64,000 bases of DNA, from assembly GCA_025603075.1 (NCBI GenBank), contig MU626364.1, positions 11,108 to 75,107 on the forward strand, written 5' to 3'. Below, in pieces: positions 1-12,641 of the stretch. Position numbers and translations under genes: made by a program. Source of the DNA: Neoconidiobolus thromboides FSU 785 (Eukaryota > Fungi > Entomophthoromycota). The notes under the pieces are model-generated. The model had not been told where the DNA came from. It worked only from the letters and a program-made list of their open reading frames with translations, and made no database searches. The first letter of the stretch is position 1. Each line of letters starts with the position of its first letter.

Positions 1-2
1 CC

Positions 3-281
3 CCATACCATAATATCCGTTGCAATAGACCATATCCACCTTTATTGATCACTACTGGTTCTCATGATGATCGTGTTTCAACTTTACACTCTCTTAAATT
101 TGCTGCTAGATTACAATCCCATTATAAAGATCATAAACATCCTATTCTCTTGCAAACTGCAAATAACACTGGTCACGGATGTACAGGATGTGGTAAACCA
201 GTTAAATTAGATATTAATGATAAGACAAATATGCTTACTTTTATTTCAATGGTGTTTAATATTGTACCTAAACCATTATAG
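3..281 (+). CDS. 3' end of a prolyl oligopeptidase (S9A) paralog, truncated by the window start
   Basis: Frame from nt 3 reads PYHNIRCNRPYPPLLITTGSHDDRV...NNTGHGCTGCGKP...VPKPL*, collinear with the C-terminus of 413..2662 and containing the catalytic Asp and His motifs. Confidence 0.9.
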   Translation, partial: PYHNIRCNRPYPPLLITTGSHDDRVSTLHSLKFAARLQSHYKDHKHPILLQTANNTGHGCTGCGKPVKLDINDKTNMLTFISMVFNIVPKPL

Positions 282-412
282 TTATTTTTTAATTAAATAA
301 AACCTAATTTTGAACTAATTTCATTTTATATTTTCAAATAAATTCACTTAGATATATTAAAACTTGATTAAAAAAATATTATTTTATTAAAAATTAGGTA
401 ATTTTAATTGAA

Positions 413-2662
413 TTAGATTCTCTTTGGTACAATGTTAAATACCATTGAGATAAAAGTTAAAATGTTTGTTTTGATTTCAATGTAAAGTCCAGTTGGTAAA
501 CCACAACCAGTGCAAGCATGGCCAGTATTATTAGTAACTTGTAAAAGGGAAGGATGTTGGCTATATTTGTACATAGATTGAATCTTGGCAGCTAATTTCA
601 TTGAGTGTAAAAAGGAGACACGATCATCATGGGTACCGGTATTAATTAATACTGGTGGATATGGCTCGTAAGGACGGACGTTATGATATGGTGAGAAAGT
701 TAAGATGTTACGGAATTCAGTTGCATTATTGATAGCATCACCAAAATCATCAAACCATCCACTTCCATCATGGAATAATTGGTATCTAGTTAAATCCATA
801 ACACCAACATCAGTTATGACAGCTCCAAATAACCATGGATTTTGTACTAAAGATACTGCTGATAATGTACCACCATTAGAACGACCATTGACGACAATTT
901 TACTATGTTGAGTGTATCCTTCATCACATACCCATTGTGCTGCAGCATAAAAATCGTTGTATGAGTTTTGTCTCTTCATACGAGAACCATCTTGATGCCA
1001 TTTTAAACCATTTTCACCACCACCTCTGATATGTGCGATAGCAATCATCACATCAAAAGATTGTAATAAATTTAACCAATGAGCATTTACTGAAGCAGTG
1101 TTGATAGCATTGAAACCACCATAACCATGTAAATACAAAAAGTTATTATTGTTCTTTTTGATACCCTTCTTGTGTACTAAAGTAATAGGAACAACGTTGC
1201 TATCCCATCCGTAATAATATTCAATTCTAGTTTCGAATAAGTCTGGATTGATACCTGGTAATGAGTTTCCAGTTGCAACCAATTTATTTTCATTTGTACT
1301 GCTGTAGATATCAAATTCATAAGATTTAGATGAATAGAAGAAATCACCCATTGAATATGAAATTTTGGTTTCATTTTCTTCAATTGTGAAGTCATTCAAT
1401 GAGCCAACTGGCAATTGGACGCTCTTGACTTCCTTTTCAATTTTATCACCATTAATTGAGAACACTTTAATGTGATAATAAGCTGCCTTAATATAAGATG
1501 CTGCTACTATTTTCTTTCCAAATACAACTGATTGTAACCCAAATCCTTTTTGCTCAGGCAAATAATCTTTAGCGTTCTTTAAGTCTTCAAAAGAACCTTT
1601 AACTACTTTAAGGTAAGGTGCGTTACGGGAAGTCATAAAGTAATGAGTCTTGGAATCAATTGATTGTAAGTAATCAGTGGATCCATCCATTTGTTCAGTA
1701 GCTTTGATGAAATTAGGTCTTGCTAAGATACCATTCTTGTTAGATTCAGTAGCATCGGCGTAATAAGTCAAAGATATTGGCTCGGTGGATCTAGCAACTG
1801 AAACAACAAGATATTGGTTGTCGTTGCCAGCATAGCTAAGAGAATATCCTAGTCTAGTATCTTCCTTATTTTCAAATAATAACAAATCGTCTTTTTGTTG
1901 AGTACCAATACGATGATACCATAATTTATTATCAACACCAGGCATAGTGTCAATACCAGCATTCTCTAATGGCGTATCTTTTGGTGCTGGGAAGGTAGAG
2001 AAAAAGAAACCTTTGTTATCAGTTGACCAAGTTACAGATTCGTCACGAGTCCAAACTAAAGATTCTAACTTGGTGAATTTTTCATTGTTTTCATAAACAT
2101 CAAACACAGTCCAATCGGAACCTTTACGGGAGTAAGCAAGAACGACGTATTTATCATCAGAAGAAAATGAAGTAAAACGAATAATTCCGGTTTCACTTGG
2201 AGAAATAAGATTAGGGTTAAATAATTCTTCAGGTTTGGCATCTAAGGAAGATTTACGATATAAAACAGAGTTCCCTTGTAAAGATTTTCTTTCCAAATAA
2301 TAGTAATAATCCCCATGCTTACTTGGCTCTTCGACTTCAGGAGCGCTTAATAACTTTTTAAAGTTATTTTCAATTATCGATTTGTGTGGACTTTGTTCAA
2401 GATAACTGTTTGTAAAGTCATTGTTTTTAGTCCAAAACTCAGTTGTTTCTGCGCTTGTTTGATTTTCTAACCAACGGTAAGGATCACGGATAACTTTACC
2501 ATGCATCACATCGTATGTATTGGAGTCATACTTGGCTGCTGGGTAGTTCCATGGTAAGCTCATCTTATTGGTAGATGAAAGTACACGCCCATCACGTGCC
2601 ACATCTTGACTGGTGACCAAGGATAAAACGGTCAAAACAAACACCTTTTGGAAGCTCATCAT
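413..2662 (-). CDS. Prolyl oligopeptidase (S9A), 749 aa, intronless, with predicted signal peptide
   Basis: DPYRWLE N-terminal motif, LHGYGGFN oxyanion motif, GRSNGG nucleophile, GTHDDRV Asp, TGH His; hydrophobic N-terminus VFVLTVLSLVTS. Confidence 0.95.
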   Translation of the reverse strand: MMSFQKVFVLTVLSLVTSQDVARDGRVLSSTNKMSLPWNYPAAKYDSNTYDVMHGKVIRDPYRWLENQTSAETTEFWTKNNDFTNSYLEQSPHKSIIENNFKKLLSAPEVEEPSKHGDYYYYLERKSLQGNSVLYRKSSLDAKPEELFNPNLISPSETGIIRFTSFSSDDKYVVLAYSRKGSDWTVFDVYENNEKFTKLESLVWTRDESVTWSTDNKGFFFSTFPAPKDTPLENAGIDTMPGVDNKLWYHRIGTQQKDDLLLFENKEDTRLGYSLSYAGNDNQYLVVSVARSTEPISLTYYADATESNKNGILARPNFIKATEQMDGSTDYLQSIDSKTHYFMTSRNAPYLKVVKGSFEDLKNAKDYLPEQKGFGLQSVVFGKKIVAASYIKAAYYHIKVFSINGDKIEKEVKSVQLPVGSLNDFTIEENETKISYSMGDFFYSSKSYEFDIYSSTNENKLVATGNSLPGINPDLFETRIEYYYGWDSNVVPITLVHKKGIKKNNNNFLYLHGYGGFNAINTASVNAHWLNLLQSFDVMIAIAHIRGGGENGLKWHQDGSRMKRQNSYNDFYAAAQWVCDEGYTQHSKIVVNGRSNGGTLSAVSLVQNPWLFGAVITDVGVMDLTRYQLFHDGSGWFDDFGDAINNATEFRNILTFSPYHNVRPYEPYPPVLINTGTHDDRVSFLHSMKLAAKIQSMYKYSQHPSLLQVTNNTGHACTGCGLPTGLYIEIKTNILTFISMVFNIVPKRI

Positions 2663-4122
2663 TAATTAACTTAAAAAGAGTAAAGTCTTAAAAGTGAAAT
2701 ATCAATGTTTTTATACTTTTCCATGAGTATGTATAATAATTAATTTATTGCTATATAGAGCAAGAACTGTGAACAAATATTGGTAACAATAGTTAAAATA
2801 TTAAATTGTACCATCAAATAAAGGGTCTATGATGGAACATTCAATTTAGAATTTTGAAAATCCCTTTTTTAATTTAGTTGCACCACTTTTAGTAAAATAA
2901 TAAACTATTCATTTACTTTTTAATAAAACTGGTTCAAGACTACGAATTAAAAAATAATTTGATTGTTTGTTGCTTTTTATACTTTTAAACTTACTTAAAA
3001 TATAAAATATATTAAATTTGATTGTTATTGGTGACATTCTGATATTAAATATGATATAATCTTAGGAGAAAGCATTGATCGTATTCAAAACTTAAACTCA
3101 AAGTTTTGTTTATTCTTTTGGGGTATTTTCTTAAAGTTTTTGTCCAAAATATGATTTTCCGCTATAAATAACTACAATAGAATATTAAATTAAGTAAACT
3201 AATACATCTTTCTACTGCCTCAAGTCATAACTTCTCAATATTACAATCATCTTGGAATATTATATTGTTACAAACAAAACTGTTCATTTTAATTTTTACT
3301 ATGTAGGAAACATTTGAATTTTTATAGGTTAAAGTGAGAATAAAATAAAATCATTGCATATTTAAAATCGCTAAATATCCAATTTGACGAATATTCCAAG
3401 AAACTCAACCTTCTAAATATTAAGGTTTATTAAGAGGTGAAATTGGCTTGTTAATATCGGTGTAAACTACTTTATTATATGAGTTAGTTTATGTTAATAA
3501 AATTAAGCTAAGTGCATAAATATATTGAATATATATAAGTCATCTAAATAAAAATCTATATTAAATTATCTTTTCCCTTTAAAAGCTTTTATGTTTCAAA
3601 ATTAAAGTCTATAAGTGTAATTGTATTCAATTTCCGCTTTGAATAACTTATTTTTTAACATCGTTACATCAGCTTTTATATTATTAACTTGGATTTAAAA
3701 GAGCTCCGATTTTAAGATGTTAAATATTTCATTAAAATAGTACTATTTTATTTAAAATAATGTTTATAAATTATTTGTGTATATATATAATTATGGAAAG
3801 GGCTAATTTAAAAAAATTCAGGTGACTTAGTTATTAAAAACAAACAAATAAAAAACTATAGTTAAATGTTAATAAACGATGTTTAAATTTGAAATTTTAT
3901 TAAAAATAAAAACTAAGACTCAGTTAAACTATATTTATAAATAAGCTATTATTTTAATCATTTAAGTTATAATTATTAAACTTGTTGATAACAAATTAAA
4001 GATAGCAAACAAAAATATGTGTAAAAACTCTGCTATTTTAAAAAAATACAACTTTTTAATTTTAGTTTAGTATTAGTTTATGCTAAGTCTAATGTGCCTG
4101 TATCTGGTTAATTTACAGGTAG

Positions 4123-4224
4123 ATATGGGGATGTATTTTTTTGTTTAAGAATTTTACTGCAATCTTTCCACTCAAGTAGCGCTTAAAAATGGAAAAATAA
4201 TGAAACCAAAAAATAGTCCTATAT
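4123..4224 (+). mobile_element. ~100-bp fold-back MITE-like element, copy 1 (+ = GGGGATGTAT/TACTAAC arm first; coordinates include 4-bp flanks)
   Basis: ATAT-GGGGATGTATTTTTTTGTTTAAGAATTTTAC...TTTCCACTCAAGTAGCGCTTAAAAATGGAAAAATAATGAAACCAAAAAATAGTCCT-ATAT. Confidence 0.85.
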
Positions 4225-4732
4225 GTTTGTTATAAAGCTGATTTACTGAATCCTGAAATTTATAAGCTTTTAATAATTTATTTAAACACTAACAAAAGTA
4301 ACAAAAATTAAATAATTTATATTTTGGCTTAAAAATAAATATCAGTTTTTATTTAAAAATTCAAATTATTTAATATAGATTTTATTCAAAAAATACTTTA
4401 TTAAAATTATCAATATATAGCATATATATTGACTTGTTATAACAAAACTTTCTAATTTAGTTGATAAATGCTTTAAAGATGCTATTACCCTTAATTTTAT
4501 GTCTATTAGTTATGAAGTTAGCTTATAAATATAAAACAGTCAAAAACTATATATAAAAATTAGACCTATTATCATAATAAAATATCATTTATAAAAGGAT
4601 GTTAGCTTTAATTTATTTTCAAAATAATACTGTAGAAATTTTAATAATCTATCAGCTCTTTAATTATATTACTATAATTTGAAACTAATAATACAAATTT
4701 ATAAAATTTAACACTTGGCTATGTATGTAATT

Positions 4733-4805
4733 GCCTGGCTAGCTCAATCGGCAGAGCGTGAGACTCTTAATCTCAAGGTTGCGGGTTCGACCCCCGCGTT
4801 GGGCT
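4733..4805 (+). tRNA. tRNA-Lys(CTT)
   Basis: 73-nt cloverleaf GCCTGGC...GTTGGGCT, anticodon loop CTCTTAA, TTCGA T-loop, T5 terminator downstream. Confidence 0.97.
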
Positions 4806-4952
4806 TACTTTTTAAATTAAAAATAATATTTTATTAAGTGATTTTTAATTAAAAAACTTGAGTAGTTAAAAACTAAACTATCATAATATAAAATTTTCAT
4901 TGATGTTAATAAAATATATTTTATTTGAATATAAAAAATTATGCCTTCGCTC

Positions 4953-6985
4953 TTAATATAACTCTAACACATATCTTTCCTCTTCCTTTAATTCTTCAAT
5001 TAATTCTAATGCCTTCTTTGAGTCATATCCTTTTGTCAAACAAATTGCTTCTTTGACTGCATTTCTAACATCTAACTCAGGCCAAGTTGGACCACAAAGA
5101 TAAAAGTGAGCTTTCTTTTCCATAATCCACTCATTTAAGTATTGTTTATCTTGTTGCATTAAATTTTGAATATAGACCTTTTCCTTTTGATCTCTAGAGA
5201 AAGCTAATCTTAAATACTTTAATAATTCTTGTTGATGATAATCATCTAATTCATCACCATAAAGATATTCTTGTTGTCGATATCGAGATCCAAAATAAAG
5301 GGCCATTGGACCAACATTATGTCCTAGTTTTTGAAGATGATACCGTTCTTCAATAAACGCTCGGAATGGGGCCATTCCAGTACCTAATCCAGCCATAATA
5401 ATTGGTTGGTCATCATTTGGTGGTAATTTCATAACACTAGGTTTAATAGCTACAGTGAGTTCTTCATTGATTTGTAGCTGATCTAAATAATGAGTAGCTA
5501 AACCATTACGTAAACCATAAGGAGTGTCCCAATGTACAGTAACTACTAGTAAGTGAACTTGATTAGGATGTACTTTATTTGAGGAAGATATTGAATAATG
5601 ACGTGGTTCAATGGTAGGGATTAACTGAATTAAATCAGAAACATCTAACTGTATGGATTTATATTGATTGAAGATATCAAAATAACTAACAGAATTAGCT
5701 AAATTAAATTTATATTCTTCTTCACCTTCTTTTTCACTTAATTTTAGTAAATGTTGTTTCTCATTATTATCAATAGCATAATTAGCTACATTCTTATAAA
5801 ACAATTTATTAGGTTTACCGAATAAATCTAAATGTTGAGTTAATACTTGCCACCCAGTACGATAATAAGAAATAGTTGAATCTTCTTCATTCAATAATTT
5901 TACAATTCGATCTTTATCAATATTAGGAAATCTCAATAATAGTAATTCAACTAAATTAGCTGGATTCTTGGGATAAACTGCTAAAGCATCCCCAATTTCA
6001 TATTTTAATTGTTGGTTTGGTAAACTATCAAATTCTAAATGAAATACATTTCGATCATAATCTAATGGAGTTAAACGTTGTCGATGACTTAACTTCAAAA
6101 TCATGGGATTTTCGATATCTGGTCGAAGTATTTGCTCAGGTTCATAAATCTCTTTAAAAGCTAAATTCCATTTTAATTGTAAATTATAATTTAATAATTG
6201 ATTTTTCTTATTCAATATAGATATTTCTTTTGATGTATAAAAATTTAATTGTATCTTTTCGTCAACATTTATTACTTCTGACTGTATATTGATAGGTAAT
6301 AACTGTTGCTCTATTCCTTTTTTATATAATTCTATTTGCTCGTTAGAAATATTATATTCTTTTTGTATCCAAGATTGTAATTTAATATCTTTAAAATACC
6401 ATAATAAACTCAATAAAATTCGAAAGTCTTGTTGATTATTATTAATTCTTAAATGATAATATTGAATTTGATTATTATCAATCTTTAATCTTTCAAATAA
6501 TTTATTGTAATGAAGATTTTGATCCCCTAATAAAATAACTACTTTAACATGGGGATTCAATTTTAAATATAACGGTAATTTATAAAATTGATTGAAATTT
6601 AGATACAATAATTCATTTGGATTACTTGTAATTGTATGTTTATTATATTGATAATTAATAATAACTTGATGGGATTCAAAATGAACATTATTAACACTTT
6701 CTTTTGTTGTACGTGTTAACAATTTATATTCTTTTTTTAATTTATTAAACGTTGAATTATTATAATTGAACTCATTATTTAATTGAGTTTCTTGAATTAA
6801 TTGAAACTTAATAGCTAACTCATTATTATAATTTACTTCCTTAACATAATTTGTTTTGTTTAATTCATAAATTTTTTGTTTCATTTCAACAAAATCTACA
6901 GCTTCTTTTGATAAATCAATATTGAAATTTAATACTTTAATTTTGGTATTGAATTTATATACTAAACTTAATAAATAATAATATA

Positions 6986-7022
<37 letters not shown>

Positions 7023-8012
7023 TTCTTCATCGGTATATTCAATTATAATAATTTTTTTATATTGATTTTTTTGTAATAGCTCGATTATTTTCTCTTTTAC
7101 TACTTCATCTTCAAAAGCAACAATATTTAAAAGATCACTGTTGGTCTTCTTATCATTTAATATTAACTTCAATTGATCTATAGGTGGTAAATTAAATCCA
7201 ATAATTAAATTATTGCTATTTTCATTATATTTAATATACTCTAATGCTTGATATTTTCTATTAGTTAACTGAAAATAAATATCAGTTAATTGATTAAATG
7301 AATTAAGTTGTTTATCTTTACTTTGATTATAGAGATACTTAACTTGTTCGTTATTTAATTTATCAATATCACTAACTGTATATTCACTTTGAGAAAATAA
7401 ATTGAATAGAAATATATGATGTCTTAATTCATTCTTATTAACTTCTCTTTCTCTCTCATACCATATAGCATTTAATACTGCCAAATCATAATCTTCCTGT
7501 TGATTACTACTAAAGATCAATTTATCTATTAACCTCACATTTTGAAATAACGCTTTTTTACTCGATTTCAAATCCAAAAGAAATAATAACTTATTTAACT
7601 TGTTAAATTGTGGTAAATAATTAAAATAATCATCTGAATCTCCTGTAATAGCTATACTTTGATTTGGTGAAAAAGGTGATAAGTGATCGTGAGATAAAGT
7701 AGATTTAGTTATTACTTGATGTTGAATAGGTTGATCAAAGACATTCTTCTCTAACAATGTATTTTGATTTAACGTATGATCAAATAATATAGTAATAAAA
7801 TGATGAGATGCAGTTAAGATATAGTCGTAACTAGTGGAAGAAGAGAATGGGATAATAATAGATTGTTGATGAGTTGAATTTTGCTCACTTTCCGGAGTAG
7901 TTAAAGTGTAACTAGATATAGACTCTAAACTTGGCTCTCTTTTCAAATCTAATTCATAATCTAATTGACTATTTAACTTCACTGTATCTAAAGATAATAC
8001 TTCGGTTACCAT
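4953..8012 (-). CDS. MET10: Sulfite reductase (NADPH) flavoprotein alpha subunit, Met10-like, 1019 aa
   Basis: C-terminal FAD/NADPH module (RLTPLDYDRNVFHLEFD, PRHYSISSS, MAGLGTGMAPFRAF, LYFGSR, FYLCGP, ERYVLELY) and Met10-like length; N-terminal half is low-complexity. Confidence 0.85.
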
Positions 8013-8660
8013 TTGTATATGTAATAATACTAATTTAACTTATAATATATATAATAATGAGAAATATATAAAGTATAAGTTATAAATTTATAAACAATAT
8101 ATATATTTTATTTTTTTATTTCTAATAAATTTTTGTTTTTATATATTTATACTATTGAAAATTTATCAATGGCATCACCAACATATAAAATTTAAAATTT
8201 CTAAATTTAATGACCTAATTTTAGTTGATTATTTTGAAATCTGAATCAAACCTTATCTAAAATCATCTCCTTAATTTTAATGTTTATTATTAATCAAGAT
8301 AAGTTTTAATTAAACATTATTATTACAACAAAACTATAATTATCTTTATATTATCAATACAAGTCTAATTTCATTCCTTTACTCTTCATTAATTAACCGC
8401 AGTACTCCCTATCTAGCAATATAAAAATGGCAAATATTTTAACTTCTAATATACCAGATTTAACAACTTTCATTTCATCTAACAAAATTTATCTCTTATA
8501 ATTGGTTAACTTAATTCAAGATTTGACATTAAATTTTACTTATGTAAGCTTAATAAAAAACTCAATTTAAAAATAAATCAGAATTCAATTAACACTTAAT
8601 CTTTAATACAGTATTTTAAAAAAATAGTTCATTCAATAAATTGTTTTAAAACAAAAAAGA

Positions 8661-9205
8661 ATGTCACAACTACCTAAAATACAACGCTTATCTACCGAAG
8701 TCATCAATCTCATTTCTGCTGGTGAAGTGATCCAACGACCAGCCAATGCCATTAAAGAATTAATCGAAAATTCATTAGATGCAAACTCAACCTCGATCAT
8801 CCTCACTATCTCTGAAGGTGGTTTAAAATTATTACAAATACAAGATAATGGTTGTGGTATTTCATCCGAAGATTTAATTTTAGCATGTGAAAAATATACT
8901 ACTAGTAAAATTCAAGGGTTTGGGGATTTAAAGAGATTACAGAGCTTTGGTTTTCGTGGAGAAGCATTGAGTAGTATGGCTAGTATTGGGAAGGTATGTA
9001 TTGTTTCAAAAATAGAAAAGGAAGAGGTGGCTTATAGGTAAGTAATGGAGAGAAGTGGGAAGTTTAAGTTAAATTTTAATAGTTTTTATCTTATTTTAGA
9101 GCTATTTATAAAGAAGGTAAGATTCAAGGGTTACCTCAACCTTGTGGGGGTGTTCAAGGGACTAATATCAAGGTAATATAATAAAATTAAAATTAGTAAT
9201 TTTTA

Positions 9206-9244
<39 letters not shown>

Positions 9245-11514
9245 GATAGAAGATTTATTTTATAATTATCCATTACGTAGAAAAGGGCTTAAATCAACTA
9301 ATGAAGAATATCAAATGATCTTAGATATAGCTAATCGGTATGCTGTTCATTCTGAAAACATTCATTTTAGTTGTAAAAAAATGAATAGTACTTTTCCAGA
9401 TTTACAAATTAGTAAAAATATGACAAAGAAAGAAAGAATTGGAAAAATTTATGGTAGAAGCATTGGACAGGATTTAATAGAGGTTAAAATAGAAGATAAT
9501 ATACTGGGGATTAAATGTGAAGGTTATATTACAGGGTTGGGGCATAAAGGAAAGAAAATGGGGTTTTTGTTGTTTATTAATAATAGATCAGTAATGTGGA
9601 ATAAGTTGAAAATAGCTATTGGGAATATTTATAATGGGTTATTGATGAAAGGTAATTTTCCTTTTGTATACTTGAGCCTTGTATTACCACCAGAAGATGT
9701 GGATGTCAATGTTCATCCGACTAAGAAAGAGGTAAGGATATTTTATCTGATAAGACAATGTCTTCAATTAATTTTAATGTTAGGTTTATTTTCTAAAAGA
9801 AAAAGAAATATTAAATTTAATAATAACTCATTTAACGGAAAAATTGGAAGAATTGGGAACAACTAGAGGATTTCAAACTAATGTAAGTTTTATATTAAAT
9901 GTAAATTTAGCTATTTAATTATTTTGCTTTTGTTATAGATATTGGGTACTTTAACCCCGGTTAATTCATCTTCAACTAAAGTCAAAGTAGAAGAAGATAG
10001 AATCAAACAAGAAAGAAATGAACTAAATTTATCAACTTTAACTAATAATAACACACCGATAAAAGAAACAAATCAATCATCATTACAACTTCAATCAATA
10101 ATTAATTTCAATAATTCATTTAATGCATCAACTAATTTTAGTCAAAGTATCAATCAGTCTAATACTTCCTTTAATAGAGATAATTCCTTTTTAAACACAA
10201 CGACTAATAACACTAATAATACTAAGTTAATTGCTCCATCAAAAAGAAGGGATAATTATTTAATACGTACAGATCATCAACTACAAAATTTAAATGCATT
10301 TTATCAACCCAAGTTAAGTCTAAGGGAAAATAATAAGGAAAAGGAAAAGGAAAAGGAAAAGGAAAAGGAAAGAGAGGATGGGTTTATTCAGACGAGTATT
10401 TTAGTAGAGAGGAATAAAAATAATAAGGAAGGGATAGTGGGAGATAGGATTTTGTTGACAATTAGTGAACAAAATAAAAGTAATGTAAATGAACAGCTTA
10501 ATCCTACTGTAAACGAGTTACCAATTACTTCAATAAACAATAAAAGGAAACGGGTATTAGTAAGATTAGAAAGTGTATTACAACTAATTAATGAGTTTAA
10601 AATGGAATGTGATTATGGTAATTTATTATTTTATTATTAGACAATGTTTTGTTAATTTCTATTTTAAAATTTTTAATTTAGATATTAAAAATAGATTACA
10701 AGAACATACAATGGTAGGTAAAGTAGATTGTAGAAGAATATGTGTTCAATCTGGAACTGGATTGTACTTATTAGATGTTTGGAAATTAAGGTGAGAATGA
10801 TTATTGTATCATAATTTATAATCTATATTAATTTCTTATTTTTAATTTTTAATTTCTAATTAGTTATGATTTATTTTATCAATTAACTTTACAAAATTTT
10901 TGTAATTTTTCTACTATTTTATTAAAAACCCCAATGTCAATTTATGATGTTACAAAAATGATAATAAACTCCAGTAAAATCAAAATAGTCTTTTCAAAAG
11001 AGATAATGGAATATGATGATTTAGCAGAGGGATTAACTCAATTTTTAATTCAAAAGAGAGATATGTTATTAGAATATTTTAGTATTGAGATTAATGAAAA
11101 AGGCTATTTGACTCATTTACCTTGCTTATTAGAGAATTACATACCCTGTGTGTATAAAATTCCTTTGTTTTTAGTTAAATTGGGAACAAAAGTAAGTTAT
11201 TTATATTATATTACTCTATTGATAAAATGTTTTAAATTTAAATTTAAATTATTCTATTCCTATAGGTTAATTGGAATGAAGAAAAGAGTTGTTTTTATAC
11301 ATTAAGTCAACAGTTAGCATGGTTATATCAATTAGAACCAAATCCTAAAGTAGATAATGAGGATAATGAAACAAGGGAAATGAAACAATATTACTGGCAA
11401 ATACAGTATTTACTATTACCTCAATTTAAAAAGGGCTTATTTTACCCAAGGAAAGAAGGGGTAACTATGTTGACTTCTTTACCAAAACTGTATAAAGTAT
11501 TTGAAAGGTGTTGA
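8661..11514 (+). CDS. MLH1: DNA mismatch repair protein Mlh1; exons 8661-9037, 9100-9172, 9246-9731, 9784-9882, 9939-10617, 10682-10790, 10864-11191, 11266-11514
   Basis: GHKL ATPase motifs (KELIENSLDA, QDNGCGI, FGFRGEAL), IEDLFYN, DVNVHPTKKEV and the diagnostic C-terminal LYKVFERC*; all introns GT-AG and frame-consistent. Confidence 0.96.
9208..9242. repeat. (AAT)n microsatellite in MLH1 intron 2
   Basis: About 11-12 perfect AAT units just before the 3' splice site. Confidence 0.9.
10335..10370 (+). repeat. (AAGGAA)6 coding repeat giving KEKEKE in the Mlh1 linker
   Basis: Six perfect hexamer units in exon 5. Confidence 0.9.
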
Positions 11515-11579
11515 GGTGGACGAGTGGGGGAGGTATTTATTATGAAATAAAAATATAGGATTTTTGTTTATTGATTTTT

Positions 11580-12519
11580 TTATTTGTTTAAATTAAGTTG
11601 AACCATTTCTACTATTGTGTCTACTGAGGCCATAGCACCAACACCTAAAAATAAAAATAAATCAATAATTTTTTTTAATAATGTCCCATAAAAAATAAAA
11701 CTTACCTAAATCCCCACAAGCTAGTAATTTACTTGTTGGTTCAATAATTTGAACATTTAATTTTTGTTTTAACACGATTAAATGTTCTTGTGTAAATGGA
11801 TTATTCCACATTAAAGTATTCATAGCTGGGGCTATGATGATTTTTTTACTTTGGTCTTCAATATCCCAAGCGCGTAATATGGAAGTCTAAGAAAAAAATA
11901 AAAGAAATAGGTTCTATAAAATCAACGGAATGATATATTGATTGTTATTATTGTAGTTATTGATATAAAAACTTACTAATAAATTATCACACATGCCATT
12001 AGCTATTTTTGCTAATGTATTAGCATCCAATGGGGCTATTAAGAATAGTGAAGTCCATTTACGTAACTTTATTAACGATAAAATTAGTAAGTTGAATTAA
12101 TATTGTCCCATCATAATTACTTCAATATGTTGTACTGGATCTCCGATTTTATTCCAACTCTATTATTTTAACATATATAATTTTGTCAATAATACTTAGA
12201 ATACAATATCATACAATATCTCTTTAATTTACCTCCCACTCATACTTGTCATCATAAATATTAATTTCGATCTCACTATTTCCGACTGTTAAATATAGTC
12301 CATCAGTATTCTTTTGTATATAATCTTTATAGAAATGTTTTGCTGATTCTGTGGTGACGATTTTGATATTATACTATTTTGAAGAAGCGGGTTAGGGTTA
12401 ATTGACCTTGATGTGAGTAATAATAGAGCTACTTTGTTTTTTTTAACTAATTCTTCTACTAATAAGGGTAATTTGATTGATGCTACACTACCCGTTACTC
12501 CTATTAATAAATTTTGCAT
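11580..12519 (-). CDS. CAB3: Phosphopantothenoylcysteine decarboxylase (HFCD flavoprotein), multi-exon
   Basis: Spliced reading gives LLIGVTGSVASIK, WNKIGDPVQHIELRKW, APLDANTLAKIANGMCDNLLT, PAMNTLMW, LACGDLGVGAMA. Confidence 0.9.
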
Positions 12520-12641
12520 TTTAGAAGAGAAATCAATGATTGACTTTTTTTTTAAATTTAGTAATTTTATTTTCCAAAGTAAATTATAATTTCATCACAA
12601 ATTTTATTCTCATTTCCTTACATTTCAACCTTCAAAAAATA

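Noticed and set aside
705-1395. Short ORFs 705..911 and 1177..1395
   Set aside because: Antisense or off-frame shadows inside the prolyl oligopeptidase gene; the same applies to those overlapping PUS3, CPR, TFIIB, the C2H2 gene and the GPCR.
2663-4730. MSDIN-like cyclic-peptide precursor next to the POP pair
   Set aside because: I found no short ORF with a leader-core-follower layout; only about 280 bp of the other paralog is visible, so the far side cannot be assessed.
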